Shown piece by piece: positions 24,076 through 24,770 of a stretch of 24,770 nt of DNA; positions within the stretch are counted from its first letter, which is position 1; the number at the start of each line of letters is the position of its first letter. The DNA is taken from the IMG/VR virus record IMGVR_UViG_3300020426_000391; one strand, given 5' to 3'. Position numbers and translations under genes: made by a program. The notes beneath the pieces are model-generated. The model did no database searches and was not told the DNA's origin. It was given only the letters and a program-made list of their open reading frames with translations. The DNA is from a virus (Duplodnaviria > Heunggongvirae > Uroviricota > Caudoviricetes).

Positions 24076-24770
24076 TTTCCTTCGATGTGCTTCTGCAACT
24101 GACGGATCCGCTCCGAGTGCTGTGAGGCGGTCTCGAGATCCTGCGCCTTGGTAGCCTTGGCGGAAGCGAGTCGTCTTTCGAGTTCGGCGATATCCTCGCC
24201 GGCCTTGTCGATGCGGCTGATGACCTCACTGGCCGCCCTCTTCTCGTCCTCGACGAGCGACCGGATGCTCTGATCCGTCATGACCAGGGTCGGCTGTCCT
24301 TCCACGGCGTCGATCCGCAGGCGTCCGTCCCGGAGGGCCGCGTTCATGAGATCGTAGTCGCTCGCCATGCTGAGCGGCATGCTCAGACGCGGATAGAGAT
24401 CGCCCTTCATGAGGCGATCGAGGCTCACGGTCTCGTCCGCGTTTTCGGTATCCCTTTCCGCGTCCTCTTCGGTATCCGCGATCTCCCGGGGCGTTTCCGG
24501 CTTATCCACAGCTATGGGCTCCGGACGCGGCGACGGGATTGGTGGGGGCGGTGGAGCGGGAAGCTCTTCGGCTTCCTCGACTTCGGCCTCGATTTGCGCT
24601 TCTGCCGTGATCTCGATTCCCTCTTCATGCATGTCGAGATCGTCGATGTCCTCCTGATCCTGGGCGGCGATCATCTCCGGCCCCAGCTCGAGCGTGTCCG
24701 TTCGGGGCTGCTTGTCTCCGAGCGCGAGCGCCTTTAGCTTCTGCAGCGTGCCTTCGTTTTCGTTGCTCAT
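24072..24770 (-). CDS. Hypothetical acidic/Pro-rich protein with C-terminal coiled coil, at least 232 aa (start at window edge)
   Basis: E/D-rich N-terminal half, PAPPPPPIPSPRP, heptad-like C-terminus IDKAGEDIAELERRLASAK. The ATG is the last 3 nt of the window, so the start cannot be verified. Confidence 0.7.
   Translation of the reverse strand: MSNENEGTLQKLKALALGDKQPRTDTLELGPEMIAAQDQEDIDDLDMHEEGIEITAEAQIEAEVEEAEELPAPPPPPIPSPRPEPIAVDKPETPREIADTEEDAERDTENADETVSLDRLMKGDLYPRLSMPLSMASDYDLMNAALRDGRLRIDAVEGQPTLVMTDQSIRSLVEDEKRAASEVISRIDKAGEDIAELERRLASAKATKAQDLETASQHSERIRQLQKHIEGK

Overview
GC-rich window containing 31 supportable CDSs, all on the minus strand and often coupled by overlapping stop/start codons. 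It looks like the accessory region of a large alphaproteobacterial mobile replicon (megaplasmid, ICE or phage-plasmid). The host is probably Sphingomonadales, inferred from one small secreted protein. Recognisable products: DUF4262-like protein (partial), CPBP/Abi protease, orphan PAPS-reductase-family protein, histidine phosphatase, stand-alone WYL protein, secreted M15-type (DD-peptidase fold) peptidase with a secreted neighbour, RecD2 helicase, GNAT-like protein, a MoxR-type AAA ATPase with a HExxH-metallopeptidase/vWA partner, and DUF4241-like and DUF1653-like proteins. No rRNA, tRNA, CRISPR, transposase, integrase, replication, conjugation or virion genes were seen. Two things stand out. 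(1) Twelve 'hypothetical' ORFs share a C-terminal module, roughly [LIM]P[ED][TS]hhxxhxG[RK]xhxxhhxxP, behind divergent N-termini, suggesting an expanded paralogue or cargo family. (2) The only large intergenic gap (20269-20746) holds a densely structured plus-strand element of about 320 nt with five C(UNCG)G hairpins, strand-diagnostic G-U pairs, a terminator-like end and an 11-nt flanking direct repeat. It is a candidate undescribed ncRNA, divergent from the vWA-MoxR pair. All family calls are by-eye motif recognition; no searches were run.
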